Part shown: one piece after another, positions 11,866 through 24,289 of the stretch
Numbering within the stretch: position 1 is the first letter of the stretch
How the letters are laid out: each line of letters opens with the position of its first letter
Source: Chiloscyllium plagiosum
Taxonomy: Eukaryota
Length of the DNA stretch: 64,000 nucleotides
Assembly: GCF_004010195.1 (NCBI RefSeq)
Contig: NC_057711.1
Coordinates: forward strand, 82,351,872 to 82,415,871
Direction: 5' to 3'
Notes under the pieces: generated by a model
Databases searched by the model: none
What the model was told of the DNA's origin: nothing
The model's input: the letters and a program-made list of their open reading frames with translations, nothing else
Program-made: the position numbers and the translations under genes

Positions 11866-14030
11866 CAGGACTGTTTTTTATAGAGTCATACACCACAGAA
11901 ACAGACCCTTCCATTCAATTTGTCCATGCCGACCAGACATCCCAGTCTGACCTAGTCCCATTTGCCAGCATTTGATCCATATCCTTCTAAACTCTTCCTA
12001 TTCACATACCCATCCAGATGTCTTTTAAGTGTTGTAATTTTACCTGCCTCCTCCACTTCCTCTGGCAGCTTGTTCCATATAAGAACCACCCTCTGTGTGA
12101 AAAAGTTTCCCCTCAGGTCCTTCTTAAATCTTTCCCCTCTCATCTTAAGCCTATGACCTCTAGTTTTGGAGACCCACATCCTAGGGAAAAGACATTGGCT
12201 ACTCACCTTACCCATGCCCATCATTATCTTATAAATCTTTCTAAAGTTACCCCTCAACTTCCAACGCTCCAGCAAACAAAGCCCCAGCCTATTCAGCCTC
12301 TCCCTATAACTCAAACCTCCAATCCCAGTTACATCCTTGTAATTTTTTTCTGAACGCCTTTAAGTTTAACAACATCTTTCCCATAGAAGGGCGATCAGAA
12401 TTATATGCAGTTTTCTAAAAGTGGCCTCACTAACATCCTGTACAGCTGCAATATGACATTACAACTCCTATACTCAATGCACTCACCAATAAAGGTAAGC
12501 ATGCCAATGCCTTCTTCACCACCCTGTCTACCTGCAACTCCACATTGAAGGAACTATGCACCTGTACCCCTAAGTCTCTGTGTTCGGCAACACTCCCTGG
12601 ACCCTACCATTAATTGTACAAGTCCTGCCCTGGTTTTCCTTACCAAAATGCAACATCTCACATTTATCTAAATTAAACTCCATCTGCAACTCCTCAGCCC
12701 ATTTGATCCAGGTCCCATTATTCTCTGAGGTAACCTTCCATGCTGTCCATTACACCACAGATTTTGTTGTCAGCTGCAAACTTACTAACCATACCTCCTG
12801 TATTCACATCCAAATCATTTATGTAAATGACAAAAAACAGTGGACCCAGCACCCGATCCTTGTGGCACATAACTGGTCACAGGCCTCTAATCCAAAACGC
12901 AACCTTCTATCACCACCTCTGGCAGCTTGTTCCATACAAGAACCACCCTCTGTGTGAAAACGTTTCCCCTCAGGTCCTTCTTAACTCATTCTCTTCTCAC
13001 CTTAAGCCTATGACCTCTAGTTTTGGAGACTCACATCCTTGGGAAAAGACATTGGCTACTCACTCTACCCATGCCCCTCAGTATCTTATAAACACTGTCT
13101 TCTTTCTTCAAGCCAATTTTATATCCATGTGATTTAACCTTAATAACAAGTCTACTATGTGGAACCTTATCAAACACTTTGGTGAAGTCCATATAGACAA
13201 AGTCTACTGCTCCATCTATATCAATCTTCTTTGTCACCTCTTCAAAAAACTCAAACAAGTTAGTGAGACATTATTTCACAAGCACAGAACCATGTTGACT
13301 ATCTCTAATCAGTCCTTGCCTTTCCAAATGCATGTAAATCCTGTTCCTCAGAATCCCCTTCAACAACCTACCCACACTGATGTAAGAACCACCAGTCTAT
13401 AGTTGCCTGGCTTTTCCTTACAGCCTTTCTTAACTAAAGGCACCACCTTAACCAACCTCTGGTCTTCTGGCACTTCACCAGTGGCTGCTGATGATACAAA
13501 TATGTCAGCAAGGGGCCCAACAATCTCTTCCCTAGCTTTCCACAAAGTTCTTGGAAATACCTAATTAGGTCCTGGGAATTTATCTACCTTCGTGCTTTTT
13601 AAGACCTCTAGCACTGCTTCTTTCGGAACATGAAGTCTTTTCAAGACATCACAATTTATTTCTCCATGTACCCTAGCAAACATATCCTTCGTAAGTACTA
13701 AAATGAAATATTCACTTAGTATCTCACCCATCTCTTGTGGTTCCACACATAGACCACCATGTTGATCTTTAAGGGGCCCTAATCTCTCCCTAGTTACTCT
13801 TTTGACCTTAATATATTTGTTGAATCTCTTTGAATTCTCCTTAACCCTATTTGCCAAAACTATCTCATGACCCCTTTTTGCCTTCCTGATTTCCCTGCTG
13901 AGTACACTCTGACTGCCCTTACACTCTTCTCGGAATTCACTTGATCCCAGCTGTCTATACCTGACATATGCTTCTTTTTCTTGACGAGAGCCTCAATATG
14001 TCTAGTCAACAAGCATTCCCTACACCTACC

Positions 14031-14319
14031 ATGGTGGCTCAGTGGTTAGCACGACTGCCTCACAGTGCCAGGGACCCAGGTTCAATTCTAGCCTTGGGCG
14101 ACTGTGTGCAGTTTACACATTCTCCCCTTGTCTGTGTGGGTTTCTTCTGGGTGCTCTGGTTTCCTCCAACAATCCAAAGATGTGCAGGTTAGGTGAATTG
14201 CCCATAGCGCAGGTTATTAAGTCAGGGGTAACTAGGTAAGGAGAATGGGTCTGGGTGTTGCTTTTTGGGTGGATTTGTTGGGCCGAAGGGCCTGTTTCTA
14301 CACAGTAGGGATTCTAATT
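14031..14319 (+). mobile_element. tRNA-derived HE1-type SINE inserted in the CR1
   Basis: A box TGGCTCAGTGG, B box GGTTCAATTCT, CR1-like tail GGGCCGAAGGGCCTGTTTC..ATTCTA; possible short TSD CTACCA. Confidence 0.85.
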
Positions 14320-14588
14320 CTACCAGTCTTGCCTTTCACACTAACAGGAACATACTGTCTCTGAACTCACATTATCTCATTTCTAAAGATTTCCCAACCA
14401 TCTCTTTACCTGCAAATAGCCTCCCCCACTCAACTTTTGAAAGTTCCTATTACCGTCAAATTTGCCCTTACCCCAATTTAGAACTTAAACTTTTTGATTA
14501 ATTCTATCCTTTTTCATAACTATTATAAAACTAATAGAATTATGATCACTTGCCGCAAAGCGCTCTCCCACTGACACCTCAGTCATTT

Positions 14589-14617
14589 GTTAAAAATCAC
14601 ACAACACCAGGTTATAG
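14589..14617 (-). mobile_element. 3' terminus of a Penelope-like element running into the gap
   Basis: GTTAAAAATCACACAACACCAGGTTATAG is the exact reverse complement of 17731-17759. Confidence 0.75.
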
Positions 14618-15117
14618 NNNNNNNNNNNNNNNNNNNNNNNNNNNNNNNNNNNNNNNNNNNNNNNNNNNNNNNNNNNNNNNNNNNNNNNNNNNNNNNNNNN
14701 NNNNNNNNNNNNNNNNNNNNNNNNNNNNNNNNNNNNNNNNNNNNNNNNNNNNNNNNNNNNNNNNNNNNNNNNNNNNNNNNNNNNNNNNNNNNNNNNNNNN
14801 NNNNNNNNNNNNNNNNNNNNNNNNNNNNNNNNNNNNNNNNNNNNNNNNNNNNNNNNNNNNNNNNNNNNNNNNNNNNNNNNNNNNNNNNNNNNNNNNNNNN
14901 NNNNNNNNNNNNNNNNNNNNNNNNNNNNNNNNNNNNNNNNNNNNNNNNNNNNNNNNNNNNNNNNNNNNNNNNNNNNNNNNNNNNNNNNNNNNNNNNNNNN
15001 NNNNNNNNNNNNNNNNNNNNNNNNNNNNNNNNNNNNNNNNNNNNNNNNNNNNNNNNNNNNNNNNNNNNNNNNNNNNNNNNNNNNNNNNNNNNNNNNNNNN
15101 NNNNNNNNNNNNNNNNN
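14618..15117. other. Assembly gap (500 N)
   Basis: Run of N. Confidence 1.
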
Positions 15118-15188
15118 CTATAATACAATCCCAACAACATAATCATCCCACATGATCATCTCAAGTTCCACCCATATAACTTAACTAG

Positions 15189-15466
15189 AGCCAGAGGATG
15201 GGAGGGACGGGCTGGTTGCTGGGGGCATGTATTGTATGCACTGTTATTTAAAGTAATTGGACTGTCTTATATGTACAAATGACTGTCTTATATGTCTTAT
15301 ATGATTGAAACTGGGATTTGAGGTGTGTCCTCATTTCCCTGAAAACTGGTTTAACGGTAGGGTTTGGGGCCTGGTTTTCCCTTGTAAAATTGCTGTTTCT
15401 CTGTATATAGCTGTTAATGTTAATTGTTTTGTAAACTGTGTATTGTTTAATAAAATTTAAAAAAAA
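15189..15466 (+). mobile_element. Probable L1/Tx1-type 3' UTR fragment with poly(A), inserted in the CR1
   Basis: G/T-rich stretch ending TTTAATAAAATTTAAAAAAAA; flanks AACTTAACTAG / AACTTCACTGG could be a degenerate TSD. Confidence 0.55.
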
Positions 15467-16996
15467 CTTCACTGGATGATCTCCCAGGAATATCCTCTCT
15501 AAGTACAGTTGTACTGTTATCTCTAACCAAAAACACCACTTTCCCTCTTCTCTTGCCTCCCTTTCTATCGCATCTTTACCCTGGAACATTAAGCTGCCAG
15601 TCCAGTGCATACCTGAGCTACATTTCTGTAATATCTATGATATCTCAGTCCCAATTTCCTAATGGTGCCTTAAGTTCATCTGCCTTACCTGTCAGGCCTC
15701 TTGCAATGAAGTAAATGCAGTTTAATTTATCAGTATACCTCGCTCTCTGCCAAGCTCTTGTCTGCCTTGACTATTTGATTTGCTCCCCTTATCTATTGTA
15801 CCAATCTCAGCCTTTTCTCTTTTCTGACTATCACTTTGGTTTCCCTTTCCTTATTCATTTAAAGTCTCCCGAGCAGCACGAGGAAATCTCATGCAAGGAT
15901 ATTGGTTCCCTACCAATTCAGATGGAACCCATCCCTCTTGTACAGGTCATTTCTACTCCTGAAGAAATCCCAATGATCCAAAAATGTGAATCCTTGCCCC
16001 CTGCACCAGCTCCTCAGCCATGCATTCACCTGCTCTATCCTCCTACTCCGACTCTCACTAGCATGTGGCACCATAATAGTCCAGATGTTACTACCCGCTG
16101 ATGACCTACTTTCTAAACCTCCTGCGTATTTTCCTATATTGTCTCTGCTGAACCCATTCCTTTCCTTGCCTATGTCATTGATACCAACGTGCACAACTGC
16201 CTCCTGCTGGTTATCTCCCCTTTGAGTATATTCTGCAGCCTCTCTGAGCCACCTTGGACCATCGCACCAGGGAGGCAACACACCATCCTGATGACTTGAT
16301 GACAGTCACAGGAATGATTTGGACCTCCTCAGGAGACAGACACATGCTGCAACCGACAGGGTACCCTTCGTTGTTCAGTATTTCCCAGGAGCTGAAAAAC
16401 TACGCCATGTTCTTCATGACCTGCAACACATTATCAATGAGGATGAGCACTTCACCAAGACCTTCCCCACACCTCCACTACTTGCCTTTAAACAACCACC
16501 AAACCTCAAACAGATCGTTGTTCATAGCAAGCTGCCCGGCTCTCAGGACAACTCCATACAACTCTGTCACGGTAGGCGCTGCAAGACATGTCAGAGTGTG
16601 GACATAGATACCACCATTACGCGTGGGGACACCTCCCACCTTGTACATGGCAGGTACTCATGTGACTCAGCAACATTGTCTATCTTATACGTTGCAGGCA
16701 AGGATGCCCTGAGGCATGGTACATTGGGGAAACCGAGCAAAGGCATCGACAACAGATGAATGGGCACTGCACAACAATCACCAGACAGGAGTGTTCCCTC
16801 TCAATTGGGGAACACTTCAGTGGTCTAGGACATTCGACCTCGGACCTTCGGGTGACCATCCTCCAAGGCGGACTTCGGGACAGACAGTAACGAAAAGTGG
16901 CTGAGCAGAGGCTGATAGCTAAGTTCGGTACCCATAGGGAGGGCCTCAACCGGGACCTTGGATTCATGTCACATTACAGGTGACCACCATTGCACT

Positions 16997-17265
16997 ATAC
17001 ACACACAGATACTCCTACACACACACACTCTCACACACACACAGGCACTCCTATACACACATACACATGGACACACATATACACAGATGCGCACACAGAC
17101 ACTTTCACACACCCTCACAGACACACACACTCCCACACTCACACATGCACCCTCTCACAGACATAAGACACTCTGCACTCACTACACACACACATACACT
17201 TTCTCACACTCACAACCCCCAACCCAGACAGACAGACACACACACAAAGACCCACATGCACACAT
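16997..17265 (+). repeat. Imperfect (CA)n-rich tract in the PLE 3' UTR
   Basis: Visible ACACAC-rich run; source of the spurious His/Thr-rich ORFs. Confidence 0.9.
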
Positions 17266-17672
17266 ATTTTGTAGGGTGAATTTGTACTTGCAGGGTTACA
17301 TTGTAGTTTGCTCAAAAACTGCATACATTCATGTAGAACTCTGGGCTCAAAAACTGCATGAATTCATGTAAAACTCTGTTATCTCACTTTTTAGGTTAGG
17401 ATCAATCTAAACATCATGGCATTGACAGAGAACACGGGGGCTAACACCTTCAACATATTGTCTAGCTATCACCATTGTTAACAGCTAACCTGAGAATGCA
17501 ACTTTTTAAAAAAAAGTTTTGTGATTTACACATGAAAGAAGTGAAACTATCATAGTATTCTAACAGATGAAAGGCTTAACAGACAATCAATTTTCCAATG
17601 TATAATTTCAGTTACATCGCACTGTAAATTTTTGCTATGAATTCTGTATGTTAGGATTGAGCCCTCCACTAT

Positions 17673-17707
17673 CACCTGATGAAGGAGCGACGCTCCGAAA
17701 GCTAGTG
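17673..17707 (+). ncRNA. Minimal type I hammerhead ribozyme motif
   Basis: CAC-CTGATGA-A-GGAGC-GAC-GCTCC-GAAA-GC-TA-GTG: stem I CAC/GTG, conserved CUGAUGA and GAAA, 5-bp stem II, CUA cleavage triplet. Confidence 0.7.
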
Positions 17708-18537
17708 TGCTTCCAATTAAACCTGTTGGACTATAACCTGGTGTTGTGTGATTTTTAACTAGTCACAGGAATGTCTGTCTGTGTCCCAGACTTGAGAGTC
17801 CTCTATTCAAATTGATCACTTGGAACGTGACATACCCCTCATTAGAATAGTCGCTGTCCCAGAAACTTGGCTGTCAGTGCTATATTCCCTGAGAGGCCAT
17901 CCTCTACTACAATATCCAAAATGGCATACCTGTTTGATATGGGGATAGCCACAGGAGACTTCTGCAATACCTAGCTACCTCTCTTATCATTCCTAGCAGT
18001 CAACAATCTACCTGATGTATCTGCGATGTCGCCACCTTTCTGAAACTGCCATCAATTACACCCCCTTGTTCTTGGAAACTCCTCATTGCCTCGAACTGCC
18101 ACTCTAACTGACCCATGCAGTTGAATAAGATTTGCAACCAAACACACTTCCTAAAGACATAGTCTCCAGGAGCATTCAAATTCTCCCTGATCTCCCACAT
18201 CTGACAGAAAGAGCACATCACCCATTTAAAAGCTATTTCTCCCCCTTTAACAACCTACAGACCCAGAAATTACCTAAAAACAAACACGTTGCTCAAAAAT
18301 ATAGCATTCAGAGTCTTACTGCTCAAAAGCACTGCTCTCGGATAACTTACTATCAATCCTTAATATTAAATGTCAGTCAAGAGACAGATCTCAGTTTAAA
18401 CATAATAAAAAGAATGCTCTCATCTTACTCACTATTACATACTTACAAAAAAAATTGAGAAGTTTTATAAGTCATAAAATCAAAAACTTAACTGATGAGG
18501 CACAAAAACCAAAGGAGTCCTCTTCTCCTGTAGTTTA

Positions 18538-18770
18538 GGGCGGCATGGTGGCACAGTGGTTAGCTCTGCTGCCTCACAGCGCCAGAGACCCAGGTTCAAT
18601 TCCCGCTTCAGGCCACTGACTGTGTGGAGTTTGCAAGTTCTCCCCATGTCTGCGTGGGTTTCCTCCCACACTCCAAAGATGTGCCATACTAAATTGCCCG
18701 TAGTGTTAGATAAGGGGTAAATGTAGGGGGGTAGCTGGCAGGTCGGTTACTGTAATGTAATCTAATCTTT
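18538..18770 (+). mobile_element. HE1-type tRNA SINE
   Basis: GGGCGGCATGGTGGCACAGTGGTTAGC...CCCAGGTTCAATTCCCGC head; tail ACTGTAATGTAATCTAATCT. Confidence 0.85.
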
Positions 18771-19195
18771 CAGGCACTGACTTTTTAAAAATCACTACTA
18801 TCTCTGCAGCTGCATGAAACTGGATATTAGACCTCCCATGTCAGCTATGAAACTGCACTACTTGCTTGTTATTTCAATGAAACCCAATCTCCAGAGCCTT
18901 TACACAATGACAGCTATAAACTACCCTTGTTAGCTGTTTCATAAAGTTCTCGAGGTCTTGCTGCATACAGACAATGACTGCTTCAGTCCATTAGAAGTAA
19001 TGAATGGTGCTTAATATTATGCAATCATCAGTGTATATCACCATGTCTGACCTCATGATGCAGGGAAAGTCAATTATATAGCAGCTGAAGATTATTGGGC
19101 TAGGACATTATCCCGAGAGAGGGCTCTTTCTGACATGTTGGAAATGCCCTTTGTACCAGAAGGCCTGGGTTCAAGTCCCACCTGCTCCGGAGATA

Positions 19196-19762
19196 GAGTC
19201 ATAATCATAGAGATGTACAGCATGGAAACAGACCCTTCTGTCCAACCCGTCCATGCCGACCAGATATCCCAACCCAATCTAGTCCCACCTGCCAGCACCC
19301 GGCCCATATCCCTCCAAACCCTTCCTATTCATATAACCATCCAAATGCCTCTTAAATGTTGCAATTGTACCAGCCTCCACCACATCCTCTGGCAGTTCAT
19401 TCCATACATGTAGCACCCTCTGTGTGGNNNNNNNNNCTTTCAAGTTTCACAACATCTTTCCGATAGGAAGGAGACCAGAATTTCCCACAATATTCCAACA
19501 GTGGCCTAACCAATGTCCTGTACAGCCGCAACATGACCTCCCAACTCCTGTACTCAATACTCTGACCAATAAAGGAAAGCATACCAAACGCCTTCTTCAC
19601 TATCCTATTTACCTGTGACTCCACTTTCAAGGAGCTATGAACCTGCACTCCAAGGTCTCTTTGTTCAGCAACACTCCCTGGGACTTTACCATTAAGTGTA
19701 TAAGACCTGCTAAGATTTGCTTTTCCAAAATGCAGCACCTCGCATTTATCTGAATTAAAAAT
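19196..19762 (-). mobile_element. CR1 LINE 3' fragment (contains a 9-N gap at 19428-19436)
   Basis: ORF 19397..19738 LHFGKANLSR...LYRTLVRPLLEYC plus CR1 tail. Confidence 0.9.
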
Positions 19763-19859
19763 CCATACGTCTGGATGCTGTTTTAAAAATATCTATCCTG
19801 AGGGACTTCAGTAGTGATAGACTTGCACTGAGATGATTGACCATCAAAAAGCAAGCACC

Positions 19860-20300
19860 TAACTACTTGAATCCCATTTTCCAGTACTTGACCCATAGCC
19901 CTGTCTGCCTTTGCATCACAATTAAATATCTAAATACTTCTTAGGGTTTCTGCCTCTATCACCTTTAGAGGCAGTCAGTTCCAGATTCCACCACCCTCTG
20001 GGCTTACTTCCCTCACATCTTTTCTACCTCTTACCTTAAATCTATGCTCTTGGTCATTGATCCCTCCATCAAGCGAGAACGCTTCTTCCCATCTACCCTG
20101 TTTATGGCCCTCATAATTTTACACATCTCAATTTTGACTGCTCTCAGTTTCCCCAGCTTTATGGAAAGCAATCCCAGCTATCCAATCTTTCTTTATAAGG
20201 AAAAATCTCCAGGACAGGCAACATATTGGTAAATCTCCTCAGCACTCTCACTTCTGCAATTACATCCCTCCTATAATATGGATTCCAGGAGTGCATACAG
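19860..20300 (-). mobile_element. Older CR1 3' fragment
   Basis: Diverged CR1 3' region (GTTCCAGATTCCACCACCCTCTG...TTTATGGCCCTCATAATTTT). Confidence 0.6.
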
Positions 20301-20711
20301 TGCTCTAGCTGTGGTCTGCAGTCTATCCTCCTAGGAAGAAAGGTATGACGATGGCTGTGTCTGAGACATAATCATGCTCATGCTTATAATCAATGTCATT
20401 TTTAAAAATTAATTCATGGGTTGTAAGCATTTATTGAGCTGGTATTTTTGTCCATCCCTTCAGAGGTGGTGGTGAGCTGCCTTCTTCAGTAGTTATTTTC
20501 TATAGATCGCCCCGTAACAACTCCCCCTATTGCTTGATTTTACGAGACATCACAAAAATGTTTATTTCAGCATTAAATATGTTCAATGATGGTACATAAT
20601 GGAATGATATAACCCCTTTCCCAATGGCATTATGAGGCTACATACACTAACTGAATTGTAATGGCTCACTACCATTTTCTTGGGGGGAACTACGGATGGG
20701 CTTAAATGTTA

Positions 20712-21638
20712 GAGAGTCATAGAGATGTACAGCATGGAAACAGACCCTTCGGTCCAACCCATCTATGCCGACCAGCTATCCCAACCCAATCTAGTCCCAC
20801 CTGCCAGCACCCGGCCCACATCCCTCCAAACACTTCCTATTCATATAGCCATCCAAATGCCACTTAAATGTTGCAATTATACCAGCCTCCACCACTTCCT
20901 CTGGCAGCTCATTCCATACACATACCACTCTCTGTGTGAAAATGTTGCCCCATAGGTCTCTTTTATATTTTTCCCCTCTCACCCTAATTCTATGCCCTCT
21001 AGTTCTGGAATCTCCCACCCCAGGAAAAAGACTTTGTCTATTTACCCGATCCATGCCCCTCATAATTTTGTAAACTTCTATAAGGTCACCCCTCAGCCTC
21101 CGACGCTCCTGCGAAAACAGCCCCAGCCTGTTCAGCCTCTCCCTTTAGTTCAAATCCTCCAACCCTTTCACAACATCTTTCCGATAGAAAGGAGACCAGA
21201 ATTGCACAATATTCCAACAGTGGCCTAACCAATGTCCTGTACAGCCGCAACATGACATCCCAACACCTGTACTCAATTTTCTGACCAATAAAGGAAAGCA
21301 TACCAAACGCCTTCTTCATTATCCTATCTACCTGTGACTCCACTTTCAAGGAGCTATGAACCTGCACTCCAAGGTCTCTTTGTTCAGCAACACTCCCAGG
21401 ACCTTACCATTAAGTGTATAAGTCCTGCCAAGATTTGCTTTCCCAAAATGCTGCACCTCGCATTTATCTGAATTAAACTCCACCTGTCACTTCTCAGCCC
21501 ATTGGCCCATCTGGTCCAGATCCTGTTGCAATCTGAGGTAACCCTCTTCGCTGTCCACAACACCTCCAGTTTTGGTGTCATCTGCAAACTTATTAACAGT
21601 ACCACTTATGCTCGCACCCAAATCATTTATGTAAATGT
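20712..21638 (-). mobile_element. CR1 LINE 3' fragment
   Basis: Minus strand runs from the KFADDTK region (~21570-21590) through ORFs 21086..21367 and 20791..21063 to the tail. Confidence 0.9.
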
Positions 21639-23382
21639 TGTCCCAAAAGCAATATCCACATTCCATGAATGAATTAGAAGAACCCGAAAAATAACTTTAG
21701 CACCAATGTCAATTGCTGCCCTCTCTGCAGTGAAGGGGAAGATATGTAGCCTTGTCTGTGACATACCAGCTATTTGTTGCTACCAATTATGGTTATCATG
21801 TTGTACAAGTAAGTGTTAATATGTTGCAATGTGTTTTGATAATATGCCTGCCACAACTGAATAGCTGGTAGTATGGGAAAATTGTGATTATGAAGCTTGC
21901 AGCTGTGGAAACTTGTGAGGGTGCAGTGTAGTATGAGAGTGCTGTTTGCTGAAATTTACTGATGGATGAATAATGAGGTTGTGTTGAATAGAGCAGTGAT
22001 AGACTGGGGTGGTGCGTGGTAGCAGATGGCATTTCAAGAAATATTCTTGACCCTGACCATTTTCATGAGGCTATCAAACCTTTACTGGCACTGTATCCAG
22101 CTCTTCATGGCTAGAATTCTGGTACTGATCTCTGTGGTTGTCTTCTCCCACAGCCTTCACAGGATATATCCGGAAGGCCTCTGGGACCCTTGTGGAAATA
22201 TTAACTTTCTCCTTCTATCTATCTCCTGACAAAGGCTACCATTCTGCATATAAGAAATGAGGAATCCTCTCTTTGCCATGCTGCTCCATGCCCTGATATT
22301 TTTCGAGCTACTTCCACCATCTGTACCCAGACTGCAACTCCCTTATAAGAGTTGTAGACTAGCTTCATTTGATAAGAGCATGTTAACTTTAATTGGAGAT
22401 GGTCTTGCATGAATCTGGATCCCTGATGAGCTTTAGTCACTCAGCAACATATTAAGCACTGGCCTATATGCCACATTCCTGGAGACAATAAGCTGAACAA
22501 CCTGAATCACTTTGATCAGAGACAGATAATGACACATTGCTATCCCCTTGTCCACTAAGCGCCTTACCTATTTTTAACCAATACTTAGCAAATCATCTGT
22601 GGATCCAAATCTTTCAAATAAAATTATAATAATATGGAATAAACAGAACGTTTTTAGTCATTGAGGGGTCTGTAATGAGGCCACACCAATATAAGAATTC
22701 GTGTAAGTGAATTAGAATGTAAAGACCAGGAGAATGTTTTTAACTACACAAAGCTATGAGGTAATGGATGCAAAATAAAACTGTTATTGAAGCACCAACT
22801 ATTTCAAAATTTAATAATAATTACCCTAAATCATTGAAGGGAAGGGATCAAATGTAAATGAAATCAGTATACATTTGGGATTAGATTTATTGCTAAGATT
22901 GGGATAATTACCACCATGGACTGGTTACATAGAAATATTGTAAGGTTTAGAGGGTAGAGTGATGCATTTACCCACTGTCTCCATGCTGGAGTTGGGCCAG
23001 CTGATATTAGTTTGCTGAAGACGAAAGTTTAATTTTCTCTTAAAATCTAAAGCCAAGAAGTTAGTAGCGTTGTGGCATGTTGGAACTCCAGTATGCCCAT
23101 AGAGTACCCTTCTGATTTATACTATGTTATTGCAGAGAGATACTGAAGAAAGTCTAGATAACATCATCAACAAGTAAAAAAAAATCAAGACAGACATTCT
23201 GAGGTAATTTGAACTCCAGCAACGAGAGTTATACAGTCACTTTGGCGCAAGGAAGCCATTTGGCCCAGAAAATCCACATCACGTAAGCGTGTGGAGAAAT
23301 CAGATTCATGTTTATGGGAAAACAAGGAAAATAACTTCCTAGAAAAATAATTGAAAGCATGAATAATAAAGCAGTTAAGTAC

Positions 23383-23550
23383 TTTTTGAAGCTGCCACAT
23401 GCTGATTCTGGTTTAATGATTCGACCAATTCCCTCAGTTTTTTCTTTAATTCTCTACTTGTTTTTTTGTAGAAATACAGGTCCTTCTCCAATTGTTGAAT
23501 TTTTGATTCATGTGCCTTAATGCCATCTGCAAGTCCATCACTAGTTCTGT
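23383..23550 (-). CDS. KIF27: KIF27 penultimate coding exon (168 nt, phase 1/1); absent from the ORF track
   Basis: Manual translation: (D)RTSDGLADGIKAHESKIQQLEKDLYFYKKTSRELKKKLRELVESLNQNQHVAASK. KIQQLEKDLYFYKKTSR is characteristic of KIF27. Acceptor CTCTTTTTACAG|AC. The donor AAAA|GTACTT is weak but gives the phase the last exon requires. Confidence 0.88.
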
Positions 23551-23609
23551 CTGTAAAAAGAGAATCATTATTTTATTTTATAATTATATTTACGTCCTCA
23601 CAAAATGTA

Positions 23610-24200
23610 CATGATACATGATAACAACCTGCTTTACATGAAACCTTTCATGTAATAAAACATAAGTGCTCCAAAAGCATGTTAAAAATAATTTTTGACA
23701 ATGGGTCATATAAAAATACACAAGGAGAATTTATTGCCTTTGGATTTAAGGATGATCTTAAATAAGGAGAAAACTGTTGACTGAGAAAGTTCATGAGCCA
23801 GACAGTGGAAAGCACAACTGCCAAATGTGGAGTAATTAAAACTGGGTATTTGTATGAAGGCTTACTTGGAGGAATATAATCAGAAGAGGGCTATTGGATT
23901 GGCTAAGAATGGGGAGAAGCATGTATATAGTGTCATTTAAAACTTCGGTTGAGTCTTTCAAATTGAATTGCTGCTGGGCCAGGAATCAATGTTAGTAACC
24001 AGAGGCTGAACTAAGTATATATTAGGATACTGGCAAAATATTGGTTGAACTCAAGGTTATGGAATCTGGGCAATGGAAGACCAGCCAGAAGAGCAACATA
24101 ATTCTCAAGTCTAGGTTTAACAAAAACATGAGTGACAGTTTCACCGGCAGTTGAGACAGAGATGGAGTTGGGCAATGTAATTGGCTTGGTGAGAAAAATA
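23610..24200 (-). mobile_element. L2 LINE 3' fragment
   Basis: HVFVKPRLENYVALLAGLP in ORF 24011..24256; related to 7950-8600. Confidence 0.65.
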
Positions 24201-24289
24201 CTAGTCAAGGAAAGTGCAATCCATTTGGTCAGGCGTGATAAGGGAGGAATAGGCAAGGTTGCAGATAGGTTGAAAAGAATGAGGAAGGT

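Larger units (their letters stand above)
16317..17760 (+). mobile_element. Penelope-like element (Neptune-type), 5'-truncated, perfect 13-bp TSD
   Basis: TSD AGTCACAGGAATG at 16304-16316 and 17761-17773. Linker CHGRRCKTC. GIY-YIG motif NIVYLIRCRQGCPEAWYIGET after a frameshift, stop near 16983. CA-rich 3' UTR and terminal HHR. Confidence 0.9.
11881..18260 (-). mobile_element. Near full-length decayed CR1 LINE (ORF1 Zn-finger + SGNH esterase; ORF2 EN-RT) with nested insertions
   Basis: 5' to 3': CSFCQMWE...DYVFRKC (18000-18221); VVHVGINDIG...VNAWLRSWCRGQGFTFLDHW...LYKRDGFHLN (15910-16281); KENSKRFNKYIK (13561-13857); KEKPGNYRLVVLTS; AVDFVYMDFTKVFDKVPH; TRGHRLK...WNKLP (11952-12314); tail at 11881. 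Confidence 0.88.

Noticed and set aside
14031..14102. tRNA gene (also 18538-18605)
   Set aside because: A/B boxes continue into a SINE body and LINE-derived tail; these are SINE heads.
14550..15155. ORFs of 178-201 aa
   Set aside because: Almost entirely X residues from the N gap.
16958..17371. His/Thr-rich ORFs
   Set aside because: Translations of a CA-rich microsatellite in a PLE 3' UTR.
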